A DNA stretch of 64,000 bases from Candidatus Bathyarchaeota archaeon (GCA_963828195.1 CAWHDT010000007.1:270864-334863), one strand, 5' to 3'. Counted from the stretch's first letter, positions 49,887 to 60,094 are shown. Notes: generated by a model from the letters alone, not told the origin. Numbers and translations: made by a program.

Positions 49887-50552
49887 TTAATTTGGGTTTC
49901 CGCTTTCCAGTTTTTGAATCAGGTCCCTTTGTCTTTTGCTGTATTGTGTAGGTATCCCTTTTTGGAGGAAGATGGATATTGCAGCTATGCTTTTTGTAGG
50001 GTCATTTCTCATGATTATAGAGTAAAGATGGACAAGTTTGATTCCCACCTGCTCTTTGGAAATCTGCCCCGTGGTCAGCTTTAATGCGAGTGAAACGGCG
50101 TCGCTGATTGAGCCGCCTGCCGCAACTATGCGGATTTTATCGAATCTTGCCAGCCGCAGAAGGCTAATTGTGAGAAGCCGCTCAAACGTCGCTGACCTGC
50201 TTACGCTGACCGTTTGCTCCTCAATATCTTGGAAACCTTTTTCTTCTTGCGCCGCTACCGTGGCATAATCCCAAGCTTGTTTTTGTCCCAGATGCGCCAG
50301 TATGGAGGATGTTTTGGCGAGGGCGGGCGCTTCAAGAGTTGCGATGCATATGTCTTCAACATAGACTTTGGCGATTTCAGACGCCATGATCATGCCTGAA
50401 CACGCCAGAAAAATGCCTTCGTTTATTCCTACGACGTCAACTTCGCTTGTTTCTAGTATTGCTGAGATTATGCTTTCAACGATGTCGGTTGTTTTAGCTG
50501 AGGCATCTGCTGGGCTAACAGTTATGACCTTGCTTTTTTGTTTGCTGCTCAT
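49887..50552 (-). CDS. Tandem Alba-like domain protein
   Basis: Second half IRIVAAGGSISDAVSLA...IKLVHL...IAAISIFLQK parallels Alba IVIKARGRAISKAVD...STIEI; first half has the same hydrophobic pattern. Confidence 0.6.
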   Translation of the reverse strand: MSSKQKSKVITVSPADASAKTTDIVESIISAILETSEVDVVGINEGIFLACSGMIMASEIAKVYVEDICIATLEAPALAKTSSILAHLGQKQAWDYATVAAQEEKGFQDIEEQTVSVSRSATFERLLTISLLRLARFDKIRIVAAGGSISDAVSLALKLTTGQISKEQVGIKLVHLYSIIMRNDPTKSIAAISIFLQKGIPTQYSKRQRDLIQKLESGNPN

Positions 50553-50674
50553 AGAGGCTGCACCAGAACTATTTGGTGCGTCAGCTAATATAATACTTAT
50601 CACTAAAAGCCGCGCAAGGGTTCTGCCCCAAAAGAAAAATTAAAAAAATAAAATTTGGTAGCTGCGGTCCGATT

Positions 50675-50998
<324 letters not shown>

Positions 50999-51099
50999 TC
51001 ACTATATTAAATTCAGAAAACCAGCAATATTAGCTTTTCTGCTTAAAAGGTTCCACAAAAGATTTTGGGGATAACTATCCTATTATTGCTGTGGTTTAA

Positions 51100-51864
51100 A
51101 TGGTTCAATACTATTTGCCCGCGGGAATGAGATATGCTAGTCTTGAGGAAAGAAAACAATTCTATGGCTCCGAATTTAACTTAGAAAAGGTCGCTCAATG
51201 GTTTGGCAGTCAAAGCGGCAAAGTGAAGTTTGCGGTAATCATTGGCAGGCATACAAAAATTTTTCCTGAAAAATACAGGGAAGACGCCTCAACCACCATA
51301 ATAATCGACGATTACAAAAACTTGGAGGATTTGAAAAACCAAATAATTGAGTTTTTGCCTGAAGCCATATATTATGACAGAAGCGTGTATGACGAAAACG
51401 ACCGCAAAGTGGGGCAGGAACTTGCTTTTGACCTTGACCCCGAAAACATAACTTGCCCAATCCATGGCTCCCTGGCAGATAAAATGAAGCGGCAACAGGG
51501 CTTGAGCTTCTGCGAATTGGAACTTGAAATGGTTAAGCAGGAAGCGATTGGCCTCTACGATTTTCTTGAGCAACGCTTCTCCCAAGTCAGGGTTGTTTAT
51601 TCTGGCAGAGGATTCCACCTGCATGTTTTTGACGAGCAAGCCTACATGTTAAATATTCAAGAAAGAGAAGACCTTGCTCAAAAAGTGAAGAAAGAAGGGT
51701 TCCACATTGACGAGTGGGTGACCTCCGGCGAAATGCGTCTGATTAGGCTGCCCTACAGCTTAAACGGTTTAGTGTCGCGAATCGTGTTGCCTCTAAAAAA
51801 AGATGAGTTGGGAAGCTTCGACGCAGTAAACGATGAACGGTGCCTCCCAAAATTTCTTAGCTAA
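51100..51864 (+). CDS. Archaeo-eukaryotic primase (PriS-like) protein
   Basis: ELAFDLD, YSGRGFHLH, IDEWVT..RLIRLPYSL. Confidence 0.85.
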   Translation: MVQYYLPAGMRYASLEERKQFYGSEFNLEKVAQWFGSQSGKVKFAVIIGRHTKIFPEKYREDASTTIIIDDYKNLEDLKNQIIEFLPEAIYYDRSVYDENDRKVGQELAFDLDPENITCPIHGSLADKMKRQQGLSFCELELEMVKQEAIGLYDFLEQRFSQVRVVYSGRGFHLHVFDEQAYMLNIQEREDLAQKVKKEGFHIDEWVTSGEMRLIRLPYSLNGLVSRIVLPLKKDELGSFDAVNDERCLPKFLS

Positions 51865-51868
51865 GGTG

Positions 51869-51967
51869 CTACTTTTTGACTTCTTTCGCTTTTTTCTCTT
51901 TTTTAGCGTAATAGGCTTTCTTTTTCTTTTCTTCTTCTGCTTTTGTTGGTTTAGCTGGTTTTGCCAT
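51869..51967 (-). CDS. Lys-rich 32-aa microprotein
   Basis: MAKPAKPTKAEEEKKKKAYYAKKEKKAKEVKK; GAGGA RBS upstream. Confidence 0.55.
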   Translation of the reverse strand: MAKPAKPTKAEEEKKKKAYYAKKEKKAKEVKK

Positions 51968-52084
51968 TTAAAATCCTCAATTAAAGTTATTTGTGACTTG
52001 CATAAAAGATTTTCCAGACCCGAAAATAAGCGCTGAAAAGTTTATTTGCCATTTAACGCTCATTTAACTGTGTGAAGGTTTGTT

Positions 52085-53458
52085 ATGGAGCGATTTGATG
52101 TACTAGTTATTGGTTCAGGCTCTGGAATACTTGTTGCTTCAGCAGCAGTTGACCAAGGCTTCCGAGTGGCGTTGGTTGAAAGCGGAAAAATGGGGGGCAC
52201 CTGCATAAACGTGGGCTGTGTGCCGTCGAAGATGCTGATTTACCCGACCGATGTCATCGCAGCTGTTAAAGAGTCAAGGAAACTGGGTGTCCACGCTACC
52301 GTTGAATCAGTTGATTTTAATAACATAATGAATAGGATGCATGCGCTGGTTAACCATGATTCAGGGCATCAGGCGCAGGCGGTTGAAGCCACCCCGAATC
52401 TTGTATGGTTTAAGGAAAAAGGAGAGTTTACCTCGGATTATACAATGCAGGTCGGCGCACACACGATTTCAGCAGAAAGGATTTTTATTGTTTCAGGCAC
52501 ACGCCCGGCAGTTCCCCCAGTCAAAGGCATAGAAAACATTGGTTACTTGACAAGTGACTCGGTCCTAGAACTGCAAACTCCACCCAAAAGCATACTTATT
52601 GTTGGCGGAGGCTACATCGGCATGGAATACGGACATTTCTTCTCAGGAATCGGCACAAAAACCACCGTACTTCAGAGGCCAAGCCGAGTTGTGCCAGATG
52701 AGGAACCGGAGATCTCGGAACTGTTAAAGAAGGAAATGCAGCAGCGGATGGAAATCTACACGGGTTTTGAGGTTACTGAAGCCAAACAAGAAGGGCAAAT
52801 TAAAACGCTGGTCGCCCGAAACCTTCAGGACGGCAGCCAAAAAGAATTCAGCGCTGAAGCTGTGATGGTTGCGACGGGCAGAGTATCTAATGCTGACGTT
52901 TTAAAGCCTGAAAAAACCGGGGTGGGGGTAGATGAGCACAATTTCATAAAAGTCAACGAGTACCTTGAAACCAGCAAAAAAAACATCTGGGCTTTCGGCG
53001 ACGCCATAGGCATTCAAATGTTCAAGCACGTCGCCAACTACGAGGCAGGTATAGTTTGGCATAACGCCATTCATGACCACAAGGCTAAAATGGATTTTTC
53101 CGCAGCGCCCCACGCCGTTTTCAGCCACCCGCAAATCGCCTCAGTCGGCTTAACGGAACAACAAGCCAAACTGCAGCATCCCAAAGTGCTCGTCGGACAA
53201 GCGCCCTACAGTGAAACAGCCATGGGTGCCGCAATGGGTTCTCCCGAAGGCTTCGTAAAAGTGATTGTTGAGGCAGAAACAGGCAAAATCCTCGGCGGAC
53301 ACATAATCGGCCCAGAAGCTTCGATACTTATTCAAGAAATAATCAATGCCATGGCGTCGGAAACGGGAAGTTTCGCGCCTATCGCTCAAGGAATGCATAT
53401 TCACCCCGCCATGTGTGAAGTGGTTCAGAACGCTTTCGGCAACCTGAGACCAGCATAA
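52085..53458 (+). CDS. Class I pyridine nucleotide-disulfide oxidoreductase (LpdA/mycothione reductase-like)
   Basis: GSGSG, GGTCINVGCVPSK, GGGYIG, GD, HIHPAMCE. Confidence 0.9.
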   Translation: MERFDVLVIGSGSGILVASAAVDQGFRVALVESGKMGGTCINVGCVPSKMLIYPTDVIAAVKESRKLGVHATVESVDFNNIMNRMHALVNHDSGHQAQAVEATPNLVWFKEKGEFTSDYTMQVGAHTISAERIFIVSGTRPAVPPVKGIENIGYLTSDSVLELQTPPKSILIVGGGYIGMEYGHFFSGIGTKTTVLQRPSRVVPDEEPEISELLKKEMQQRMEIYTGFEVTEAKQEGQIKTLVARNLQDGSQKEFSAEAVMVATGRVSNADVLKPEKTGVGVDEHNFIKVNEYLETSKKNIWAFGDAIGIQMFKHVANYEAGIVWHNAIHDHKAKMDFSAAPHAVFSHPQIASVGLTEQQAKLQHPKVLVGQAPYSETAMGAAMGSPEGFVKVIVEAETGKILGGHIIGPEASILIQEIINAMASETGSFAPIAQGMHIHPAMCEVVQNAFGNLRPA

Positions 53459-53566
53459 CTGAAAAGATATGCTAAGAGGCTGCCGATAGCCTAATTTGGG
53501 ACATTCTACGTTAGCTAAAAAGATATATTCAGCCCAAAGCAACTGTTTCTAGCAGAGTGTTTTGTT

Positions 53567-53851
53567 ATGAATGTTTCTAAGGTTTCTGGCAAGAACAACA
53601 AACACAAGGTTTTCCTGTACGCTTTAAGCACTTGTGTTTGGTGCAAATTGACTAAGCAGTATCTAAACGAGAACAATGTCCAATATGAATTCGTTGATGT
53701 GGATTTAGAAGACGAAAAAGATAAACAGAAAATCCATGAAACAATCCAAGACAAGGGCGGAATGATTAGCTATCCAACGACAATTGTGGATGATAAAGTT
53801 GTAATTAATGGTTTTCGCAAAGACAAACTCAAAGAGGCGCTTGAACTTTGA
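53567..53851 (+). CDS. Glutaredoxin/NrdH-like protein (methanoredoxin-like)
   Basis: LSTCVWC, SYPT, INGF. Confidence 0.9.
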   Translation: MNVSKVSGKNNKHKVFLYALSTCVWCKLTKQYLNENNVQYEFVDVDLEDEKDKQKIHETIQDKGGMISYPTTIVDDKVVINGFRKDKLKEALEL

Positions 53852-54408
53852 CCACGATGGAGGAAGTTCGCAGAAGAGCTGAAGCCGACGCCAAAACCTA
53901 CGGGTACTATCTTACGCCTCAGCCTGAACTGTTACAAGGCTTCTTGGAGGGGTTAAAAACAAACGAAGACCGCTACGGTTACCCACTATGCCCCTGCAGG
54001 CTTACCTCGGGCAATTTTGAGTACGACCGAGACATAATTTGCCCCTGCGACTACCGAGACCCAGACGTCGCCCAATACGGCGCCTGCTACTGCAGACTCT
54101 ACGTTAACAAACAAGTTTACGAAAGCCAAAACTTACCAGAAGTTCCTGAGCGGAGACCGCCCGAGAAAATGGCAAGAGCCTACGGAACCCAAACAGTTCC
54201 CTCTGCACAAGCGCCCGCTCAAGGAACACAAGGAAAAGCTTCGGCACAAGCGGAAAAGGGACAGGCTGGAGTTAAAAAGAAGCTATGGTACTGCAAACAA
54301 TGTGGATACGTGGTTTTCAGGGAGGATCCACCGTACATTTGTCCAATATGCAAGGCTAAAAAGGAATTGTTCGCTGAAATAGAGAGTTCAATTGAATTGA
54401 ACGGTTAA
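53848..54408 (+). CDS. Ferredoxin:thioredoxin/disulfide reductase catalytic subunit fused to a C-terminal rubredoxin
   Basis: CPCR..CPC..CYC motif; WYCKQCGY...CPIC. Confidence 0.9.
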   Translation: MTTMEEVRRRAEADAKTYGYYLTPQPELLQGFLEGLKTNEDRYGYPLCPCRLTSGNFEYDRDIICPCDYRDPDVAQYGACYCRLYVNKQVYESQNLPEVPERRPPEKMARAYGTQTVPSAQAPAQGTQGKASAQAEKGQAGVKKKLWYCKQCGYVVFREDPPYICPICKAKKELFAEIESSIELNG

Positions 54409-54409
54409 A

Positions 54410-54559
54410 TTATTTTTGTATTTCTATTTCGATTTTTTTCCAATCCTCTTTTATTCCACGAAGCGACGTTACAGCGCCCACTAATGTCCCGTTTAAGATT
54501 TTCTCAACAAACTCGTTTAACGGTATTTCTTTTCCATCAACTTTTAATTTTATACTCAT
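54410..54559 (-). CDS. Small hypothetical protein (49 aa, not in ORF track)
   Basis: MSIKLKVDGKEIPLNEFVEKILNGTLVGAVTSLRGIKEDWKKIEIEIQK; resembles a MobB C-terminal domain. Confidence 0.7.
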   Translation of the reverse strand: MSIKLKVDGKEIPLNEFVEKILNGTLVGAVTSLRGIKEDWKKIEIEIQK

Positions 54560-54642
54560 GTTCTTCGCCTTCGTACTCTTAGTTAAAGTTAGGGTAAAAA
54601 GTTTTGTGCAGCCTAACGTGCAGAAGCGAGGGGTGATTTTGT

Positions 54643-55200
54643 TTACATTCTTGTTATGCTGGGTTTAATTGTGACTCTGAGCTTGGTTAAGTTCTCTTTT
54701 ATCTCTGCTTTAACACCCATGGCTGCAAAGTATTCTTCGAGGAATATTCTGATGAAATCCTTTGAAACCTCCGAAACCAAAACTAATGTGTAGTCGTTTG
54801 GAGCGTTCTTTGTCAAACGGTAAAAGTTGCATGCTTCAAGTCTGACCAGCATCTCTTCGGGTGAATGCACCTTTGTTTTTAACTGTTCCCAGTGCGCTCG
54901 AGCTACTTCTTTGTGTTCGCTCCAGAACTTTTCCCGCTCAGGAGACGAAGCAATTAACCGCAAGAACATGAGCCAATGGTCAACGTCTATGATGACGTGT
55001 TCACCGCCAAGAAGCATATCCATGTAGGCTTGGATTTTTTTCTTAACTGCTGGGTCTTCAAGAGCTTTGTTCTCGTTGTAGAATTTTAGGGCGCGACGCA
55101 TCACTTCGCTTTGCGAAACTTCAGCGTCTTTACTTATCTTTTCAAGTAAGTCAGCAGTCACTTTGTCAAATGCCACAGTTATTCTTGTTGGGTTAACCAT
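54643..55200 (-). CDS. CopG/RHH family transcriptional regulator
   Basis: RITVAFD...VSQSEVMRRAL N-terminal ribbon-helix-helix. Confidence 0.8.
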   Translation of the reverse strand: MVNPTRITVAFDKVTADLLEKISKDAEVSQSEVMRRALKFYNENKALEDPAVKKKIQAYMDMLLGGEHVIIDVDHWLMFLRLIASSPEREKFWSEHKEVARAHWEQLKTKVHSPEEMLVRLEACNFYRLTKNAPNDYTLVLVSEVSKDFIRIFLEEYFAAMGVKAEIKENLTKLRVTIKPSITRM

Positions 55201-55404
55201 ACTGTCCACTTTGTGCCTGATTAACATATTTTCAGATTATTGAAAATTATATAAACATTGCGTAAACGAATCCCCGATAAACCTCTGCAAATTTAAATGT
55301 ATGAACTATTTTATTAAACAAACGTTAAACGATTATCGACGTAAGTAAACTTTTATTCTCACATGTCCATACACTAAGTGATGATTACTTCTGGGGAACC
55401 CTAA

Positions 55405-56064
55405 ATGAAAAGACCAGAAATATATTTAGAGCCCAGGCAGAGAGTTGCAAAAATAATCGAAGTATTGGAAAAACAATGTCCTGAGGCGAAAACAGCCCTA
55501 AACTATGCCTCCCCGCTTGAAATACTTGTAGCGACTATGCTGTCGGCGCAAACAACCGACGAACGAGTAAACATAGTGACTCAAAAATTGTTCAAAAAAT
55601 ACCGCACACCTGAAGACTACGCTAACGTTGACATAAAAGAGTTAGAACAAGATATCCACTCAACGGGCTTCTACCACAACAAAGCCAGAAACCTAAAAAA
55701 ATGCTGCCAACTCTTAGTCGAAAAATACAATTCCCAAGTACCTAAAACCATGGATGAAATGCTGGAGCTGCCGGGTGTCGCCCGAAAAACTGCTAACATC
55801 GTTTTATACAACGCTTACGGCACAATCTCAGGCATAGCAGTCGACACTCACGTCCGCAGGCTCTCACAAAGGCTTGGTCTTTCAGAACATGATGATCCAT
55901 CTAAAATAGAACAGGACCTTATGCAGATTACTCCAAAAGAAAAATGGATGAAACTCACCGACCTACTGATTTTTCACGGCAGACAAGTATGCATAGCAAG
56001 AAAACCCAAATGCGAAATATGTTCTCTAAACAAGATATGCCCAAGCGCTTTTATGTTTAGCTAA
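55405..56064 (+). CDS. nth: Endonuclease III
   Basis: LSAQTTD, LPGVARKTA, VDTHV, CIARKPKCEICSLNKIC. Confidence 0.96.
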   Translation: MKRPEIYLEPRQRVAKIIEVLEKQCPEAKTALNYASPLEILVATMLSAQTTDERVNIVTQKLFKKYRTPEDYANVDIKELEQDIHSTGFYHNKARNLKKCCQLLVEKYNSQVPKTMDEMLELPGVARKTANIVLYNAYGTISGIAVDTHVRRLSQRLGLSEHDDPSKIEQDLMQITPKEKWMKLTDLLIFHGRQVCIARKPKCEICSLNKICPSAFMFS

Positions 56065-56121
56065 ATAGCGTCACCCATTTATACACCGTTATCTTTTTTC
56101 TAGAAGTGAGAATTGATTTTT

Positions 56122-56601
56122 ATGTCAACAAAAATTAAGGTTGGAGACAAAGCACCCGACTTCACTCTGCCCGACACCGATAAGAAACCAAGAAGCCTAA
56201 AAGAATTCAGTGGGAAAAAAATCGTTCTTGCATTTTTCGTTGGTGCATTCACCTCAACCTGCACAAAAGAGATGTGCGAATTCCGTGATTCCATGGCGCG
56301 GCTAATCGACTTGAATGCCCAAGTTATTGGAATAAGCGTAAACGACCCCTTCACAAACAAAGCCTTCTGCGAAAAAAACAGGCTACCTTTCCCGATACTT
56401 AGCGACTACAAGCGTGAAGTCACCAGAACCTATGAACTGGAGTTACCGAATTTTGCCGGGCTCAACGGCTACACCGTGGCTAAACGCTCAATCTTCGTCA
56501 TCGACTCAAAGGGCACAGTGACATACGTTTGGGTTTCAGATGACCCAGCAGTTGAACCAAACTACCAAGAAATACAGAATGCTCTTGAAAAAATCACTTA
56601 A
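56122..56601 (+). CDS. Peroxiredoxin (BCP/PrxQ-type)
   Basis: [26 protein letters not shown]. Confidence 0.9.
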   Translation: MSTKIKVGDKAPDFTLPDTDKKPRSLKEFSGKKIVLAFFVGAFTSTCTKEMCEFRDSMARLIDLNAQVIGISVNDPFTNKAFCEKNRLPFPILSDYKREVTRTYELELPNFAGLNGYTVAKRSIFVIDSKGTVTYVWVSDDPAVEPNYQEIQNALEKIT

Positions 56602-56647
56602 CACTTGCTTCTTCTTCATTAGCCCAAATAGAATAAAAAATAGGCTT

Positions 56648-57076
56648 CTAAACTAAGCGGAGATGCTCAATCATCAAACACTTATCCATAACTACAATTA
56701 AACCAGCACGCCTAGCTGCTTCAGCGGCTTGTTCATTAATTATTCCGAGCTGCATCCAAACCACAAAAGGCTTGCCATAAGCCTGTTTTAGTTTGATGGC
56801 TTGCTCCACTATCGGCGGCACATCTTTTGAGGGTCGGAAAATGTCAACTATTTCTATGGTTTGTTGGATTTCAGAAGGAATCTCAAGCAGACTTGGATAA
56901 CTTTTTTCGCCAAGAACCTCATCCGCAGAGGGATTTACGGGTATGATGCGGTAACCGTGCTGTTTTAGGTAAGCGCTAATTCTATGGCTGTCTTTCCCCG
57001 GCTCTTTAGATAACCCGACAACTGCAATAACCTTGTATTTTGTTAAGATATCCTTAATTTGATTTTGACTCAACAT
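56648..57076 (-). CDS. CoA-binding protein (YccU-like)
   Basis: IAVVGLS, PVNP, VDIFRP, WMQLGI, MDKC. Confidence 0.9.
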   Translation of the reverse strand: MLSQNQIKDILTKYKVIAVVGLSKEPGKDSHRISAYLKQHGYRIIPVNPSADEVLGEKSYPSLLEIPSEIQQTIEIVDIFRPSKDVPPIVEQAIKLKQAYGKPFVVWMQLGIINEQAAEAARRAGLIVVMDKCLMIEHLRLV

Positions 57077-57099
57077 TAATCCCCATCGGCTGAATGTGT

Positions 57100-58038
57100 T
57101 TACGGCGCTTCGCTGAGTTTTAACTCAAAAAAGTGTTCTTTACCGTTTCGCAACGCGAGAATTTTTATTACTTCACCGGCCTTTCTTCTCTGAATCTCGC
57201 TGACCAAGTCCTCGATTTTATTGGTTTCCACGTTGCTTATTTCTAGAATGATGTCTCCTTCAGCCATTTCAGCGGCTTCCGCTGGGCTTCCTTCAGCAAT
57301 CCTAGTTACTAATACGCCACGGTTCACCGGCAAACCATAGTACCGCGAGATTTCCCGCGTTAAGGTTAACCCTACAATGCCGAGCCATGGCTTTTTGACG
57401 CCTCCTTCAGTGACAATTTCCTCGGTGCAGCTTTTCGCCGAATTTATGGGAATTGCAAAGCCAATGCCCTGCGCGTACGGTATAATGGCGGTGTTTATCG
57501 CTATAACTTTGCCTGCAACGTCCACAAGTGGGCCGCCGCTGTTTCCCGGATTAATCGAGGCATCGGTTTGAACTAGGTTCTCTATTAAGCCTCTTTCTGA
57601 ATCTATTGTCCTGTTAACTGCGCTGATAACTCCAGATGTTACGCTTGGTCCACCTGCCAAACCGAAGGGGTTACCAATAGCGTAGACCCTTTGCCCCACT
57701 CGTACCTTGTCTGAGTCGCCAAGTTGTGCCGCTTGAAGATTCCGTTTGTTGTCGTTAATTTTCACCACGGCAACATCATGAATGGCGCATGACCCAACAA
57801 TTGTACCTTCAACTATCTCGTTGCTGGCTAATGTGACGTTGATTTTTTGTGAGCCACCGACCACATGGTTATTTGTCAAAATCAAACCTGTGGAATCAAT
57901 TATGGTGCCTGAACCCACGCCGCTTACTGGTACTGCTTGATAGAAAATGTTGTGCACAAGTTTTATGGCGCTTATGTTAACTACGCTTTTGGTCACTTTT
58001 TCTATAGTGTCTAAAAAAGCGTCTTCGTCGTAAGACAT
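57100..58038 (-). CDS. HtrA/DegP serine protease with PDZ domain, no signal anchor
   Basis: TNNHVV, DVAV, QTDASINPGNSGGPL, PDZ WLGI. Confidence 0.93.
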   Translation of the reverse strand: MSYDEDAFLDTIEKVTKSVVNISAIKLVHNIFYQAVPVSGVGSGTIIDSTGLILTNNHVVGGSQKINVTLASNEIVEGTIVGSCAIHDVAVVKINDNKRNLQAAQLGDSDKVRVGQRVYAIGNPFGLAGGPSVTSGVISAVNRTIDSERGLIENLVQTDASINPGNSGGPLVDVAGKVIAINTAIIPYAQGIGFAIPINSAKSCTEEIVTEGGVKKPWLGIVGLTLTREISRYYGLPVNRGVLVTRIAEGSPAEAAEMAEGDIILEISNVETNKIEDLVSEIQRRKAGEVIKILALRNGKEHFFELKLSEAP

Positions 58039-58094
58039 TGATTTGCCTCAAAAAACATTGAACTTCGCTTTTAATAAATCTTAATCGCGCATAA

Positions 58095-58478
58095 TTAACG
58101 GCAGAAGAAGCAGTTTTCCACCCATTGCGGAGTCATTTCTTTTTGGCAAAATGGACACATTAAACCTTTTTCCCTGATAGCAGTGCATGTTTGGCAAAAG
58201 AGATTGAGGATTTCCGCTTTGTTATCTGGCTCTTTCACGAGAAAAGTTACCATTTGATCTATAAGTGCTAAAACTTCAGAGTTTTCTATCAAGAGTTGGT
58301 TTCCCCTTTCTCGACCTACATATCTGCTTACGGCAGACTGTGATAGCCCAAGAAGTTCCGCGGTTTCTTTTTCGTTCAGTCCATGTTTTTCAACGATTGA
58401 CCTTGCCATGGCAGCCTTTACTGCGGGCAAAACTGTTTTGACCCCGACTTCGCACGGTAATATCAAGTTTAGCACCAA
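58095..58478 (-). CDS. HTH regulator with Cys-rich C-terminus
   Basis: LPCE...AELLGLSQSAVSRY...RG; CQTC, CPFC, CFFC. Confidence 0.8.
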   Translation of the reverse strand: MVLNLILPCEVGVKTVLPAVKAAMARSIVEKHGLNEKETAELLGLSQSAVSRYVGRERGNQLLIENSEVLALIDQMVTFLVKEPDNKAEILNLFCQTCTAIREKGLMCPFCQKEMTPQWVENCFFCR

Positions 58479-58508
58479 TTACTCTTATTTCTGGGAAAAC
58501 CTATTTAA

Positions 58509-58543
58509 ATATGACGCTTGTCATATTATATGACGCGTGTCAT
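58509..58543. promoter_or_regulatory. Tandem ATGAC-N4-GTCAT palindromic operators
   Basis: ATATGACGCTTGTCATAT (58509-58526) and ATATGACGCGTGTCAT (58528-58543), abutting TTTAAATA. Confidence 0.65.
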
Positions 58544-58630
58544 GACGGGGTATCAAACACAGCAGCTCGTTGACGCAAACCACACGCACCTCCCGCCAAG
58601 ACATGCCAAAACCAGGAGAGAAAAAACAAA

Positions 58631-59578
58631 ATGGGCAATGTCTTGTTACCACCCCGAAAAAATGAAAACAGCCGCGACCTAATTGGAATGCTCAAGACTC
58701 TTGACGCAGAATGCAGAAACTGCGCTCCAATAACACCGTTAGAATGCATAAACCGATGCCAAGTATACAAACTAAAAAACGAGTTGAGAAAACTTCGCGA
58801 AACAATGGATAACCCAAACTACATAAAAGAGCTCTTTAACGTTTTGAAAAACGAAACTAGACTTCATATTTTAAAGGCGATTGTAAACGGCAGGTATTCT
58901 GTAAGTCAATTGCAGCAGGAACTTAAAAAAATTGGGCACAGCCACAGCCAAGACACCATAAACGAAGAGTATTTGCAGCCTTTAATGGCGGTAGGTCTAG
59001 CCACCGAAGCACGAGATGAATATTACGCAACGATGTTTGGCGGTCGGCTAACTGAGCTACTAGGGTGCTTTCCAGAATTTGCGGAGATGCTCCCCGCCCA
59101 CTCAGAATGCTACGAAGAGATTCTTTTACAATCTTTACTATCCGGACCAAAAACGTTCGAGGATATAGAAGCACTTATCTCCTCAAAAATCGCTTCGCGA
59201 ATACTGAAACGTTTACGCTCTACGGGTTTAATAGAAACGCCTGTAGAGAGGGATTACATATTTTTCTTTAAATCAAAACGAGACCCAAACATAGAAAACT
59301 TTACAGTTCCCGAACGAAAAATTTACGACATGATCCCGAGTGAAGGAATTTCAGCTGGAAAGCTTGCCAAAGAAACAGAGCTCTCAATGAGAAGAACATA
59401 CAAGTACCTCAGAAGCTTAAAAGGCAAAAAACTAGTTTTCATAAGGAGAACCCCAAAGGCTTACGGTTTAACCTGCAAAGGCGAAATGTTGGCATCAGTA
59501 CTAAAGGAACTCCAGAAAATAGTCGAAGACACATGGAGCTCTTCTGAACAAGTCATGAACGACAACGCTAACTCTTAG
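58631..59578 (+). CDS. Multi-winged-HTH regulator with N-terminal Cys cluster
   Basis: CRNC..CINRC, LKNETRLHIL (ArsR-like), further wHTH repeats (YGLTCKG). Confidence 0.7.
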   Translation: MGNVLLPPRKNENSRDLIGMLKTLDAECRNCAPITPLECINRCQVYKLKNELRKLRETMDNPNYIKELFNVLKNETRLHILKAIVNGRYSVSQLQQELKKIGHSHSQDTINEEYLQPLMAVGLATEARDEYYATMFGGRLTELLGCFPEFAEMLPAHSECYEEILLQSLLSGPKTFEDIEALISSKIASRILKRLRSTGLIETPVERDYIFFFKSKRDPNIENFTVPERKIYDMIPSEGISAGKLAKETELSMRRTYKYLRSLKGKKLVFIRRTPKAYGLTCKGEMLASVLKELQKIVEDTWSSSEQVMNDNANS

Positions 59579-59608
59579 CAAACAATCCTTAAACCTTTCT
59601 TTTTTTGA

Positions 59609-60094
59609 TTAACCGCCACCAGGAGATCCGTGGAACGGCGCGTTTTCCCAGAGCAGTTTCCACCAGTCTTCCTCTGTTATGGTTTCTCCGTGAACAATTA
59701 TCTCTAAAACCATCTTTAGCATTTCGTGATGTCGGCGTTCGTCAGATAATATTGAGTTTAAGAGAAAAACAACTTTTTTGTCGTCCACGTTGGGAATCAT
59801 GGTTTCAAGCTTCTTAATCAGTTGAGATTCTATTTCAATGTGCTTTTCTATGAGGGCTTTTTGCTCATCCAGATTCTCCTGCGTCAAGGCGGTAGAAGCC
59901 TTGGTCAGCAAGGTAACAGCTGACATGTAAAGTTCCGCATGCTTTATAGAATCAAGCGACACGCCCATCAGAACGCCTTTTACAGCCTGGTTCTTCATAC
60001 TAAGTACAGGTTTCTCAAGGGAAGCCACAATTTCTTTTTCAACTTTAATTTGGTTTTTCAAAAATTCTATGAGATTATCTTCGGGTTTTTCCAT
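59609..60094 (-). CDS. Ferritin-like diiron protein
   Basis: E...DSIKH and E...DERRHH four-helix-bundle motifs. Confidence 0.8.
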   Translation of the reverse strand: MEKPEDNLIEFLKNQIKVEKEIVASLEKPVLSMKNQAVKGVLMGVSLDSIKHAELYMSAVTLLTKASTALTQENLDEQKALIEKHIEIESQLIKKLETMIPNVDDKKVVFLLNSILSDERRHHEMLKMVLEIIVHGETITEEDWWKLLWENAPFHGSPGGG

